From Alphaproteobacteria bacterium (GTDB lineage Bacteria; Pseudomonadota; Alphaproteobacteria; SP197), in the NCBI GenBank assembly GCA_964291265.2, contig OZ219746.1, positions 288,001 to 352,000 on the forward strand: DNA of 64,000 nucleotides, read 5' to 3'. The notes under the pieces were generated by a model. The model saw only the letters and a program-made list of their open reading frames with translations, made no database searches and was not told the DNA's origin. Both the position numbers and the translations under genes were made by a program. Shown here one piece after another: positions 9,902 to 19,574 of the stretch (position 1 is its first letter; each line of letters begins with the position of its first letter).

Positions 9902-10135
9902 CTACTTCAGAGCTTCCCATTCCGACAGGTCCACCACAGGTGCGACGAGGTCATCACGGATCTTGCCATCGTTCTGCATCGCGCCCAGCCATTCCCCGGT
10001 CGGACACGGCGGCGGCAGAATCTGGGCAACCGGCTTGCCGAAGCGGGTCACAAGAACAGGCTTGCGCGTCGTTCCCACCCGGTCGAGAACGGCCAGACAC
10101 GTCGCCTTGAACTTCGAAATCTGGATCTCTTCCAT
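9902..10135 (-). CDS. Type II TA antitoxin, Phd/YefM family
   Basis: ISKFKATCLAVLDRV..PVLVTRFGKPVAQILP; abuts vapC. Confidence 0.9.
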   Translation of the reverse strand: MEEIQISKFKATCLAVLDRVGTTRKPVLVTRFGKPVAQILPPPCPTGEWLGAMQNDGKIRDDLVAPVVDLSEWEALK

Positions 10136-10171
10136 GAGGCTGTATGTACCATGGTCCGAGTCCATGGTCAA
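10136..10171 (-). promoter_or_regulatory. Promoter/operator of phd-vapC (probably leaderless)
   Basis: Minus strand TTGACC-N17-TACATA-N7-ATG; two GACCATGG repeats with palindromic CCATGG core over the -35 and spacer. Confidence 0.6.
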
Positions 10172-10504
10172 CATTGAGTTTTCTGACGCGAGCCGCTGAA
10201 AGTCGTCGAACAATCTGCTCGCGGCACCTCCCGCGAACGGGGGGATTCATGGCGCATGTCGAGACGCCACCGCAAGATGAGCCAATGGCTGGCGGCCGCC
10301 TTTCTCAATGCCCGCCGGAATGTTCCGCTTGCCGGGACATCGGCCGACAGAACTGACGCCATGGCAGCGGAGTTGACGAGGTCTCCCTTGTGCTCCGGTG
10401 TGGCCCACAGCATCCATGTTGGTGGAGCCGGTCGCCCTCAATGCCGATGACCTGCGCCTGTTCATGGCTGCGCCCCTGGCGCAGCGATCAGCGTCGTGGT
10501 CCAT

Positions 10505-12058
10505 TCAACGCCGTATCAGGGCGGCAGCGATGAAGGCAAGGCCGGGCAGCAGGATGACCAGCAGTGTCCAGTTGCCGTATCGGGACCAGGGGGTGGGATG
10601 TCCGAGGGGGGCGGGCAGGGCGACATCGAGCATGCCGCGGTGACCGAGTGGCATGCTCGCCACCACCCGACCCAGGGGGTCGATGACCCCGCTGATTCCC
10701 GTGTTGGCGACGCGGACGACGGGAAGCCCCTGTTCCACTGCGCGCAGGCGGGGCGCCTGGAAGTGCTGGTAGGGGCCGCTCGATACACCGAACCAGGCGT
10801 CGTTGGTGATGTTGACGAGCCACCGGGGTGGATGATCCGGATCCGTGATTCCTGTGGGGAAGATGATCTCGTAGCAGATCAGCACACCGAAGTCCGGCAG
10901 GCCTGCCACCTGCATGGTGGCAGGTCCGGGGCCGCGTCCCATGTCGCGCCTGCCGGGCGCAATGGTGTCGATGGGCAGGATCCCGCGCAATGGCACGTAT
11001 TCCCCGAATGGCACCAGGCGATACTTGTCATGGAGCGTCACCGGTCCCTTGCCGGAGAAGACAAGGAGGCTGTTGCGTGCCTCGAGCGCGCCGTCGGCCG
11101 CGGGAACGGCACGGATGGCGCCCGACATGATGACCCCTCCCGGTGGGGCGGCGGCGGCGAAGGCCGAGAGAACGGCAGGTTTGCTCAGGAGCGCGGGAGG
11201 AATGGCCGCCTCGGGCCAGATGATGGCAACGGGGGGTTCTCCGGCCGGCGCCAGAGAACTCAGCGCGATATGGCGGGCAAAATGGTCCTCGAGAAGCGCC
11301 CTCTCCCACTTCAGGTGCTGTTCGATATGTGGCTGAACAAGCCGAACGACAGGGCCAGACGAGATATCCCGATGCTGAAGACGCAGTTCTCCGCCGACCC
11401 AGGCAAGGGCGATGACGGCAATCGATACCATGAGGCCGCCAGCCGCCCTGCGCGGAGTGAAGCGGCCGGCGGGCGCCACGGCAGCGGGCGCCAGTCCTGC
11501 GACAAGGACGATGGCGCTGAGAAGCCAGGGTCCACCCAGGGCGCCTCCCTGGATGAGGCTGTCGGAGAGCGTCAGCGAGGTACCCACGAGATTCCATGGG
11601 AATCCGGTCAGAATCCAGCTGCGGACCCATTCCAGGACCAGCCAAGCCACGCCGAGAGAGACGATCCGTGCGCGCCTGCCCGGCACCATGCCGGCGATGC
11701 CCGAGGCCAGCGCCGGAAACAGGCCAAACCCGGCGGCGATGGCGAGAAGGGCCAGGGGATAGAGCCAGGCGTGCCTGAGCGGGTCCACCAGGAGGGCGTT
11801 GGCGATCCAGTAGAACGCCGCAGCCGAGAAGCCGCAGCCGAACCACCAGCCATCCAGGAAGGCGCTGGCACCGCGCCGGTGACCGGAGATCATCCAGGCC
11901 AGTCCGCTGAAGGCGATCACGGCGCCCGGCAACAGGTGGAAGGGAGGAAGCGCTGCCGCCAGCAAGGCACCCAGGCCGGCCAGCAACAGCCGGCGGCGCC
12001 AGCCGGTGAGGGCGGTCAGCCGCGCGATGCCGTCGCTGTCAGCCGCGCTGGCTGGCAC
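10505..12058 (-). CDS. lnt: Apolipoprotein N-acyltransferase
   Basis: TGFPWN, IWPE, KYRLVPFGEYVP, ICYEIIF, NITNDAWFG, RVANTGIS. Confidence 0.96.
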   Translation of the reverse strand: MPASAADSDGIARLTALTGWRRRLLLAGLGALLAAALPPFHLLPGAVIAFSGLAWMISGHRRGASAFLDGWWFGCGFSAAAFYWIANALLVDPLRHAWLYPLALLAIAAGFGLFPALASGIAGMVPGRRARIVSLGVAWLVLEWVRSWILTGFPWNLVGTSLTLSDSLIQGGALGGPWLLSAIVLVAGLAPAAVAPAGRFTPRRAAGGLMVSIAVIALAWVGGELRLQHRDISSGPVVRLVQPHIEQHLKWERALLEDHFARHIALSSLAPAGEPPVAIIWPEAAIPPALLSKPAVLSAFAAAAPPGGVIMSGAIRAVPAADGALEARNSLLVFSGKGPVTLHDKYRLVPFGEYVPLRGILPIDTIAPGRRDMGRGPGPATMQVAGLPDFGVLICYEIIFPTGITDPDHPPRWLVNITNDAWFGVSSGPYQHFQAPRLRAVEQGLPVVRVANTGISGVIDPLGRVVASMPLGHRGMLDVALPAPLGHPTPWSRYGNWTLLVILLPGLAFIAAALIRR

Positions 12059-12911
12059 GTCTCACGCGCAGACGCTTGATATGCCGCGGGTCGGCGTCGA
12101 CGATTTCGAACTCGAGTCCTGACACGTGGGCGATGATCTCGCCGCGCATCGGGATGCGGCCAACCATCGTGTGGACGAGCCCGCCGACGGTGTCGATGTC
12201 CTCGTCTCTCGATTCGTCCTGGAGTGTCGAGCCGGTCATGGCCTCGAGTTCGCTGACGGGCGCACGGGCATGGGCGTCAATCACGCCGCCGGGCTGCTCG
12301 ACAAGAAGAACCCCGTCGTCGGCATCGTGTTCATCCCAGATCTCGCCGACGATGGGCTCCACCAAGTCCTCGATGGTGGCGAGGCCATCGACGCCTCCGA
12401 ATTCATCGACCACAAGCGACAGATGCGTGCGGGCCGTGCGCATCTTGATGAGAAGGTCGATCACCGGCATCGACGGGGGAACGAAGAGGACATCCCGCAC
12501 CAGGCTGGCAAGGTCGGGCGCCGGCTCCTCCTCGGGCAGCCCCCAGTGATCGAGGAAGTCCCGGACGTGCACCATGCCGATCGGGTCATCGAGGGTCTCG
12601 CGATAGACCGGCAACCTGGAATGACCGGACTTGCGCATGATCTCGACGACCTCGGTGAGCGAGGTCCTTTCCTCGACGGCGACAATGTCGGCATGGGGCA
12701 CCTTGACATCGTCGACCGTGAGTTCGCCAAAGCGCAACAGGTTGGAAAGCATCGAGCGCTCGGCGTCGGAGAACTCCGTCTCGCTGCCATCGTCAGCCTT
12801 GAGAAGTTCCTCGACGGACTCCCTCACGGTGTCGCCGTTGCGGCCGCTGATCAGGCGGCGCAACCAGCTGGCAAGGCCTGAGACCGGGGTCTGTGGCAAT
12901 CGGCCGTTCAC
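12039..12911 (-). CDS. corC: HlyC/CorC family CBS-domain protein
   Basis: GHSRLPVY, VVDEFGGVDGLATIEDLVE, C-terminal CorC domain; ybeY-corC-lnt synteny. Confidence 0.9.
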   Translation of the reverse strand: MNGRLPQTPVSGLASWLRRLISGRNGDTVRESVEELLKADDGSETEFSDAERSMLSNLLRFGELTVDDVKVPHADIVAVEERTSLTEVVEIMRKSGHSRLPVYRETLDDPIGMVHVRDFLDHWGLPEEEPAPDLASLVRDVLFVPPSMPVIDLLIKMRTARTHLSLVVDEFGGVDGLATIEDLVEPIVGEIWDEHDADDGVLLVEQPGGVIDAHARAPVSELEAMTGSTLQDESRDEDIDTVGGLVHTMVGRIPMRGEIIAHVSGLEFEIVDADPRHIKRLRVRRASQRG

Positions 12912-13453
12912 GCTGTGTCCACGAGGTAAGGGTCGGGAATGCCAAGGGTCTCGAGCACGATGCGCTCCATGTTCTCCATCACACGGGCGTCCACTTCCGT
13001 CTCGTGGTCGTAACCCAGCAGATGAAGAGTCCCGTGCACGACGATGTGGGACAGGTGATCGGTGAGCGCCAGGGTCCGGCGGCGCGCATCGTCAACGATG
13101 GTCTCCCGGGCGATGACGATATCGCCCAGGGCAATGGCGCCGCCGGGAGGAGAACCGGCGGGGCGCTGCAGTCGTGTCCCCGGGGCGCGGTCTTGGCTGG
13201 GGAACGACAGAACGTCGGTCGGTCGGTCGATGTGCCGCCAGCGCCTGTTGAGCTCGGCCAGCATGCGGTCGCTTGCCATGACAACCGACATCGTGACCGC
13301 TTCTCTGGAACATGCCACCTGGAGAGCGCTTGTACAGGCCCGCTTCACGATGTCGTCTGCGCCCGGCAGGTCGTCTTGCCAGGCGTCGTCCTCGACCGTG
13401 ACGTCGATATCAACCACCCCGCATCGACTGCAGGCGCCATCGCCTCCCGTCAT
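12908..13453 (-). CDS. ybeY: rRNA maturation RNase YbeY
   Basis: DRPTDVLSFP, LGDIVI, HGTLHLLGYDH; ATGA overlap with phoH stop. Confidence 0.95.
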   Translation of the reverse strand: MTGGDGACSRCGVVDIDVTVEDDAWQDDLPGADDIVKRACTSALQVACSREAVTMSVVMASDRMLAELNRRWRHIDRPTDVLSFPSQDRAPGTRLQRPAGSPPGGAIALGDIVIARETIVDDARRRTLALTDHLSHIVVHGTLHLLGYDHETEVDARVMENMERIVLETLGIPDPYLVDTA

Positions 13454-14418
13454 GGTGGCTCCCGGCGGTCGTCCGCATCCCAAGCGCGGACGATCTTCGC
13501 CACCAGCGGGTGCCGGACGACGTCGACATCGGTAAACGTGACAACCTCGATGTCCTCGACGGATTCGAGAATGCGCACGGCATCGGCCAATCCGGACACC
13601 TGGCCTTCCGGCAGGTCGACCTGTGTCAGATCGCCGGTCACCACCATGCGTGCACTCTCGCCAAGGCGTGTCAGGAACATCTTCATCTGCATCCGCGAGG
13701 TGTTCTGGGCCTCGTCGAGAATGACAAAGGCGTTGGACAGTGTCCGTCCGCGCATGAAGGCAAGGGGCGCCACCTCGATGTCGTCGGACGCCAGCCGGCG
13801 ATTGGCCTTGTCGGCCGGCATGGTGTCGTAGAGTGCGTCATAGAGCGGACGAAGGTAGGGGTCGACCTTTTCCCGCAGGTCGCCCGGCAGGAACCCGAGC
13901 CGCTCTCCGGCTTCCACCGCCGGACGCGACAGCACGATGCGGTCCACGTCACCCGACTCCAGCATGGCGACAGCGACAGCGACGGCAAGATAGGTCTTGC
14001 CCGTTCCCGCCGGGCCAAGCGCGAACACCATGGACGACGTCGTCAGGGTCTTGAGGTAGCGCGCCTGGTTGAGTGTGCGCGGCGTGATGCGCCGCCGCGA
14101 GGTTTTCACCTCGGTGTTCGAGATCGATGGATCGCCTGCCATGCGGAGCATGGCCTCGACTTCGGCGGGTCCGACGGCAAGGCCGTCCTTGAGGCGGCCG
14201 TAGAGGCCGTTGAGAACCAGGACGGCCATTCCGGCCGGTTCCGAAGGCCCGGCAATGCTGACCTGATTGCCACGACAGGTCAGCGAGACGCCGAGTTCCT
14301 GTTCTATGCGCACGAGGTGGCGGTCATGCCAGCCATAGAGGGAAGCCAGCAGGCTGTTGTCTTCGAAGGCGAGGACGCGTGGCGCCGGGGTCTCGTCACG
14401 GACCGGGGGGGTGGTCAT
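13450..14418 (-). CDS. phoH: PhoH family ATPase
   Basis: GPAGTGKTYLA, RPAVEAGERLGFLPGD, AFMRGRTL, DEAQN. Confidence 0.96.
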   Translation of the reverse strand: MTTPPVRDETPAPRVLAFEDNSLLASLYGWHDRHLVRIEQELGVSLTCRGNQVSIAGPSEPAGMAVLVLNGLYGRLKDGLAVGPAEVEAMLRMAGDPSISNTEVKTSRRRITPRTLNQARYLKTLTTSSMVFALGPAGTGKTYLAVAVAVAMLESGDVDRIVLSRPAVEAGERLGFLPGDLREKVDPYLRPLYDALYDTMPADKANRRLASDDIEVAPLAFMRGRTLSNAFVILDEAQNTSRMQMKMFLTRLGESARMVVTGDLTQVDLPEGQVSGLADAVRILESVEDIEVVTFTDVDVVRHPLVAKIVRAWDADDRREPP

Positions 14419-15752
14419 CAGGCAGCCAGCATCCCGGCCATGCTGTTGGCCCGGGCCTCGGTGAGGGTGACATCACGCAGTGATCCGAGGTGATGTTCAC
14501 CAGCGTCGACGTGGACCGCCTGGAGCCAGGGGCTGCGGCCGACGAGTTGGTGGGAATATCGGCCCCTTCGCTCAAGGAGCACCGGAACCGTGTGGCCGAC
14601 GGTGGCGCGATTGAACGCGTCCTGCTGGTCCTTCAGCAGGTGCTGCAGGATGCCGAGCCTCTCCGCCTTCACCTCGTCCGGCACCTGTCCGTCTGCCGTC
14701 GCCGCCGGAGTTCCCGGGCGCGGGCTGTACTTGAAGGAAAAGGCCGAGGCATAGGAAACCTCGCGCACCAGGGAGAGCGTGGCGGCGAAGTCGGCATCGC
14801 TCTCACCGGGGAAGCCAACAATGAAATCGCCTGATATGGCAATGTCGGGTCGTGCCTCGCGAACAGCCGCGATCACCCCCAGGTAGTCGGCCGTGGTGTG
14901 ACGCCGGTTCATCGCCCTGAGAATCCGGTCGCTGCCCGACTGCACTGGAAGGTGCAGGTAGGGCATCAGGCTGTCGATCTCGCCGTGGGCGCGAATGAGG
15001 TCGTCCGACATGTCCAACGGGTGGGATGTCGTGTACCGGATGCGTCGGAGGCGATCGAGCGATGCCAGTTCGCCAATGAGACGCGCCAGGGTCCATGGTT
15101 TGCCGTCGGCGCCCTCGCCGTGCCACGCATTGACGTTCTGCCCGAGGAGGACGACCTCCACCATGCCCGATGCCAGCAGCGCCTTCGCTTCGTCGAGAAC
15201 ATCGCGGGCAGGTCGTGAAAACTCCGCACCGCGGGTGTAGGGAACGACGCAGAAGGTGCAGAACTTGTCGCAGCCCTCCTGGATCGTAAGGAAGGCGACA
15301 CGACCTGCGCCGTGACGCCGTGAGGGCAGGCCGGTGAAGCGGTCCCGTGCCGGAAAGTCGGTGTCGATCACCGTGCCGCCTTCGTTGGCGTGGCGGGTGA
15401 TCAGGTCGGGCAGACGATGATAGGTCTGGGGTCCGACGATGATATCGACGACGGGCGCCCGGCGCGCCATTTCCTCGCCCTCGGCCTGGGCGACACATCC
15501 TGCCACGGCGATCATGAGATCATCGCCGGCCTTGCGTTTGCGCTCCTTGAGTGTGCGCAACCGTCCCAACTCCGAGTAGAGCTTCTCGGCGGCCTTCTCC
15601 CGGATGTGACAGGTGTTGAGGACGATCATGTCGGCGTCCTCGACCGTTTCCGTCTGCCGGAAATCCAGGCGCGCCAAGACATCCGCCATGCGACCGGAGT
15701 CGTAGACGTTCATCTGGCAGCCGTAGGTCTTGACGAAGAGTTTCTTGGACAA
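14418..15752 (-). CDS. miaB: tRNA methylthiotransferase MiaB
   Basis: [26 protein letters not shown] radical SAM motif, [13 protein letters not shown] domain; TTG start inferred. Confidence 0.96.
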   Translation of the reverse strand: MSKKLFVKTYGCQMNVYDSGRMADVLARLDFRQTETVEDADMIVLNTCHIREKAAEKLYSELGRLRTLKERKRKAGDDLMIAVAGCVAQAEGEEMARRAPVVDIIVGPQTYHRLPDLITRHANEGGTVIDTDFPARDRFTGLPSRRHGAGRVAFLTIQEGCDKFCTFCVVPYTRGAEFSRPARDVLDEAKALLASGMVEVVLLGQNVNAWHGEGADGKPWTLARLIGELASLDRLRRIRYTTSHPLDMSDDLIRAHGEIDSLMPYLHLPVQSGSDRILRAMNRRHTTADYLGVIAAVREARPDIAISGDFIVGFPGESDADFAATLSLVREVSYASAFSFKYSPRPGTPAATADGQVPDEVKAERLGILQHLLKDQQDAFNRATVGHTVPVLLERRGRYSHQLVGRSPWLQAVHVDAGEHHLGSLRDVTLTEARANSMAGMLAA

Positions 15753-15843
15753 GCGCGTCCGGATGTTCCGCTGGCTGTCGTCGGGCGGGGGCCCGTGGCG
15801 GTTGTGCAACCTCGTTCAATCTTCGCCGCATCCCCGATCGCTG

Positions 15844-16698
15844 TCAATGACTTCGTGCGCGGTTCTCGGGACTGCGCCTGGAACGCCTGGTGAGCTTGCC
15901 GAGGCGCCGTCTTCGGCGCGGTGGCAGCCGGCCCGCGAGCGCCAGCGAGTGGCCTTCCCGAACGGCCATTTCGCAGTGACGCGCCAGGGAGCGCCGGTTG
16001 CCGCCGCATCCGGTTATGGACGTGACCGGATGGAACTGGACGACAACCGTCACGACTCCTGCCTTCAGCATCTCCCACATGTGGGGCAGCAGTTCCATGT
16101 CCCCGTACCAGGCATAGAGCGGACGCATGTCACGGTCCATCGGCAGGTTCGAGAAGCCGGTGTAGGAAACAGACACGGGCTGCACGGTCACTTCCCTCCC
16201 CTTCACCTGAGTCTGGGCCGAGGCGAAGAGCGCACTCTTGAACGGAAGAATCCGGTTTCCGTCGCTGGTGGTGCCTTCTGGAAACAGGATCAGCTGCTCC
16301 CCCGCTTCGAGGCGCTCGCTCACCGCGTCCATGTGCTGGCCGATCCGGGTCCGGCGACGGTCGACAAAGACGGTACGTTGCAGTCTGGCGAGCAGACCGA
16401 AGAACGGCCACGTCCCGACTTCCGCCTTGGCGACGAAGCTTCCCCGGATCAGGGCGCCGAGAATGGCAATGTCGAGATATGAGGTGTGGTTGCACACGTA
16501 GAGACAGGGCCTGTGACGGCAGGGCCCCCCCCTGACGTCGAGGTTGATGCCGATCAGCCGCAGGACGATGCTGTGATAGAATTGGGGAAAGGCATGCCGA
16601 GCCCGCCGTCCCGCCGCCAGCAACACGAACTGCACCGGCATGCAGACCAGAGTCCAGCCGACATAGAGTGCCGCGCGGGCGAGACCGACAGAGATCAT
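15844..16698 (-). CDS. olsA: Lysophospholipid/lyso-ornithine lipid acyltransferase (OlsA-like)
   Basis: NHTSYLD, FPEGT, FVDR; ATGA overlap with olsB stop. Confidence 0.82.
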   Translation of the reverse strand: MISVGLARAALYVGWTLVCMPVQFVLLAAGRRARHAFPQFYHSIVLRLIGINLDVRGGPCRHRPCLYVCNHTSYLDIAILGALIRGSFVAKAEVGTWPFFGLLARLQRTVFVDRRRTRIGQHMDAVSERLEAGEQLILFPEGTTSDGNRILPFKSALFASAQTQVKGREVTVQPVSVSYTGFSNLPMDRDMRPLYAWYGDMELLPHMWEMLKAGVVTVVVQFHPVTSITGCGGNRRSLARHCEMAVREGHSLALAGRLPPRRRRRLGKLTRRSRRSPENRARSH

Positions 16699-17525
16699 GC
16701 GCCTCCAGGCCCCGCCTCGGCCTCTCCGCTGCTGCGGTAGCGCCGGCCGTAACGGCCTTCCACCACCGATACGTCCAGCAGGACGCATACGTCCGTGGTA
16801 TTGAACTGTCGATCGATGACCGCACCGTCGCCAAACCGGCAGCCGGCCCGTGCATAGCCCTTGATGAGCGGTGGCAGGCTGGCCAGTCCCTCGGCAGCGT
16901 CGAATGACCCGGGGGCCATCCGTTTCATGTCGACGTAGAGATGATCGAGTGCGCGGGGGCGAAGGACGGCAGGCGCCGCTAGATGGTAGGCCATGTGGGA
17001 GAGCGGCATAGCGAGACTATCAGGGTCGGTGCCATGGAGACTGGCGCAGCCGAACATGTACGAGATGCCGTGCTGCACCACATAGACGCCGAGGCCCCGG
17101 AACAATGCCTGGATGGCGGCCCCCGCTCGATAGTTCATGTCGACACAACTGCGTCCGAGTTCCACGAGTTCACCATCGAAGGCAAGAAGGCGGGAGATGT
17201 CGAACTCGCCTGCGGTGTAGAACGTGCAATCGCGCCCCAGAACCGAGCGACGCAGCAGTCTCATGGTGGCGACAACGGCTGCGTCACGACCTTGTGTCGT
17301 GTCGCGCACGATGAGGTGTTCGCAGATGTCGTCGAAGGCGTCGAAGTCCCGTTCCAGTTCCGTCATTCGGGAAGTGGGGCGGGCCTTCATTTCCTTGTAG
17401 AACACGCGAAAGCGCAACTGCTGCACGGCGTGGAGTTCCGCCTCGCTGTCGACGAGGCGCAGTTCCAGGGGGCCGAGCCTGAGCCCTTTCGACAGTGCGC
17501 CCTGATCGCGGGGCCCGGTCACCAT
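16695..17525 (-). CDS. olsB: Ornithine-acyl-ACP N-acyltransferase (GNAT, OlsB-like)
   Basis: QQLRFRVFYKEM, DAFDDICEHL, ELGRSCV, LPPLIKGY, DRQFNTTD. Confidence 0.88.
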   Translation of the reverse strand: MVTGPRDQGALSKGLRLGPLELRLVDSEAELHAVQQLRFRVFYKEMKARPTSRMTELERDFDAFDDICEHLIVRDTTQGRDAAVVATMRLLRRSVLGRDCTFYTAGEFDISRLLAFDGELVELGRSCVDMNYRAGAAIQALFRGLGVYVVQHGISYMFGCASLHGTDPDSLAMPLSHMAYHLAAPAVLRPRALDHLYVDMKRMAPGSFDAAEGLASLPPLIKGYARAGCRFGDGAVIDRQFNTTDVCVLLDVSVVEGRYGRRYRSSGEAEAGPGGA

Positions 17526-17547
17526 GGTGGAATCGGTGCTGCCGCAG

Positions 17548-17973
17548 TCAGGTCTCGGGATCGGGCTTCAGCGCCCGCCCGTAAAGCTCCATGCGATGAT
17601 CGATCAGATCGTAGCCCAGACGTCTTGCAACCTGGACCTGGAGTTCCTCGAGTTCGGGGTCCAGGAACTCGATGACCGTGCCGGTGTCGATGTCGATCAG
17701 GTGATCGTGATGCTCATCCTGGTCGGCGGACTCGTAGCGGGCCCGCCGGCCCCCGAAGTCATGGCTCTGGATGATCTCCGATTCCTCGAAGAGGCGCAGT
17801 GTGCGATAGACAGTGGAGATGCTGATGCGATCGTCAATTTCCGATGCGCGGCGATAGACTTCCTCGACATCGGGATGGTCGTCGGCATCCGATAGCACCT
17901 TGGCGATGACACGGCGCTGGTCCGTCATCTTGAGACCCTTGTCGATGCATGCGTGTTCGATCTGTGATGTCAT
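17548..17973 (-). CDS. fur: Fur/Mur family transcriptional regulator
   Basis: GLKMTDQRRVI, DHPDVEE, STVYRTLRLF, HHDHLID. Confidence 0.93.
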   Translation of the reverse strand: MTSQIEHACIDKGLKMTDQRRVIAKVLSDADDHPDVEEVYRRASEIDDRISISTVYRTLRLFEESEIIQSHDFGGRRARYESADQDEHHDHLIDIDTGTVIEFLDPELEELQVQVARRLGYDLIDHRMELYGRALKPDPET

Positions 17974-18150
17974 GGCGCGGCACGGACCGGAACGGCCTGT
18001 CATCGGTCCGCATGTGTCCTTCATCCTGTGTGGCTGTCGGGAAGTCTAGACCAAGGGACGTTGCAGCGCCATGCCTTGACATGTTGACCGTCAGCGTGAT
18101 TGACAGGACCTCTTGCAGATGTGCGATGGAAACGCAAGGAAAGCACCCCT

Positions 18151-18393
18151 GTGGAAACGCCCATCGACATGCGCCTCGACATCACCGGCGATGTCTGTCC
18201 GATGACGTTCGTCAGGACAAAGCTCATGATCGAGGGCATGCAACCAGGAATGGTTGCCGAGGTTCGTCTGAATGAAGGCGAGCCGTTGCGCAACGTGCCG
18301 CGCTCGGTCACGGAACACGGCCATTCCGTCCTGTCTCTGGAGCCGGAGGTTGGCGAGGCAGGCGTGTGGCGGCTGCTTCTGAGGAAGGAGTGA
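18151..18393 (+). CDS. TusA family sulfurtransferase
   Basis: LDITGDVCPMTFVRTKL, NVPRS. Confidence 0.85.
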   Translation: METPIDMRLDITGDVCPMTFVRTKLMIEGMQPGMVAEVRLNEGEPLRNVPRSVTEHGHSVLSLEPEVGEAGVWRLLLRKE

Positions 18394-18403
18394 GAGCCAG
18401 ATC

Positions 18404-18799
18404 TCAGGTGCAACCGCCATGGATCTCGCACAGACAGGCGTCCTCCGCGCCGCCGAGTACCACCGCGTGGCGCACGCCGTCGGGATAGAGAAAGACAAGC
18501 AGGCTGCAGGAACGGGCGTCGTAGCGCCACATCCTGGCGTTGCCCTCGGTCCACACGAAGTCCGGATCACCAAGCATGCCGGCCACTTCGCTGTCCTGCA
18601 GACCGGCGAAGATCCTGGCGGCCGGAGGCTTCGCGACGGGTGACACCTCGTCCGCCTCGATGGCCGGAGCGACGGTCTCGCTGACAGCCTTCGTGGGGTC
18701 GATTCCGGCAGGGGGGGAGCAGGCGGCCAGCGCCATGGCTCCGGCCAGCATGAGAGCCGACCACCCCGCCAGGACAGAGCTTCGTTCAGGCGATGTCAT
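18404..18799 (-). CDS. Hypothetical lipoprotein
   Basis: Hydrophobic stretch with lipobox LAAC; LGDPDF..WRY..C.L.VFLY motif; start uncertain. Confidence 0.6.
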   Translation of the reverse strand: MTSPERSSVLAGWSALMLAGAMALAACSPPAGIDPTKAVSETVAPAIEADEVSPVAKPPAARIFAGLQDSEVAGMLGDPDFVWTEGNARMWRYDARSCSLLVFLYPDGVRHAVVLGGAEDACLCEIHGGCT

Positions 18800-18866
18800 T
18801 CCGGTTCCTTCCGGCAGGCGCGGTCGACCACCTCGCAGGAGACCGAACCTGGCCGGCGGCTGGTGC

Positions 18867-19574
18867 TCAGGCCATCGCATCGTGGTCTCCGTGACAGAGA
18901 TGGGTCATGGCGATGGCGGCCATGACGGGCATGACGAGATTGAGAACGGGGACGCTCATGCCGGCCGTGATGACGGCCCCCGTGGCGAGCAGTCGCCAGC
19001 GGTTCCGCTTGCGCCAGGCGTCCGAGTCCTGGCGGGGCAGGCGCCGCAGCAACACGATCTCGGCATATTCCCGGGCGAAGAGAACGCTGTTGACGGTCCA
19101 GAGGATGATGATCGACAGGCCGGGGATGAAGATTGCAGCAAGATAGACTGGTGTGGCGGCGAGATTGACGAGCAGCAGCCAGCCGACGAAGCGAAGGGAC
19201 GCGGCGATGTCCCGGACCACTGTCGTTCCCCTCGCTTCGGGCAGGTGCGGATAGTCGGTTTCCTCGACGCGTGAGACGATTCCGTCGAGAAAGAGCGATG
19301 TCACGGTCTGCACGACCATGACAAACGTGAACCAGACGAGCGCGAAGGCGCCCAGCGTGGCCACGACGAAGACGACTCCGTCAGCCAGCCAGCCTGGCAT
19401 CCAGGTGACAAGGGATTCGAACCATGAACCGGGTTCGAGGCCCATGGTGGCGCCGATGATGAGGGCGGCGAGAACCGATGAGACAAGGGCACTCGCCAGG
19501 GCAATGAGAACCAGGCTGCGGCGAACCCTGCCATCCCCCAGGCTGACGGCAGTCCTGCGAGCGACGTCAAACAC
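18867..19574 (-). CDS. EI24/CysZ-like membrane protein
   Basis: Several TM helices, LFLDGIVSRVEETDYP, LFAREY, VPVLNLVMP; GTG start overlaps amidase stop. Confidence 0.75.
   Translation of the reverse strand: MFDVARRTAVSLGDGRVRRSLVLIALASALVSSVLAALIIGATMGLEPGSWFESLVTWMPGWLADGVVFVVATLGAFALVWFTFVMVVQTVTSLFLDGIVSRVEETDYPHLPEARGTTVVRDIAASLRFVGWLLLVNLAATPVYLAAIFIPGLSIIILWTVNSVLFAREYAEIVLLRRLPRQDSDAWRKRNRWRLLATGAVITAGMSVPVLNLVMPVMAAIAMTHLCHGDHDAMA

Noticed and set aside
10214-10504. Small ORFs between the TA module and lnt as metK or HTH remnants
   Set aside because: No frame shows MetK or HTH-like motifs.
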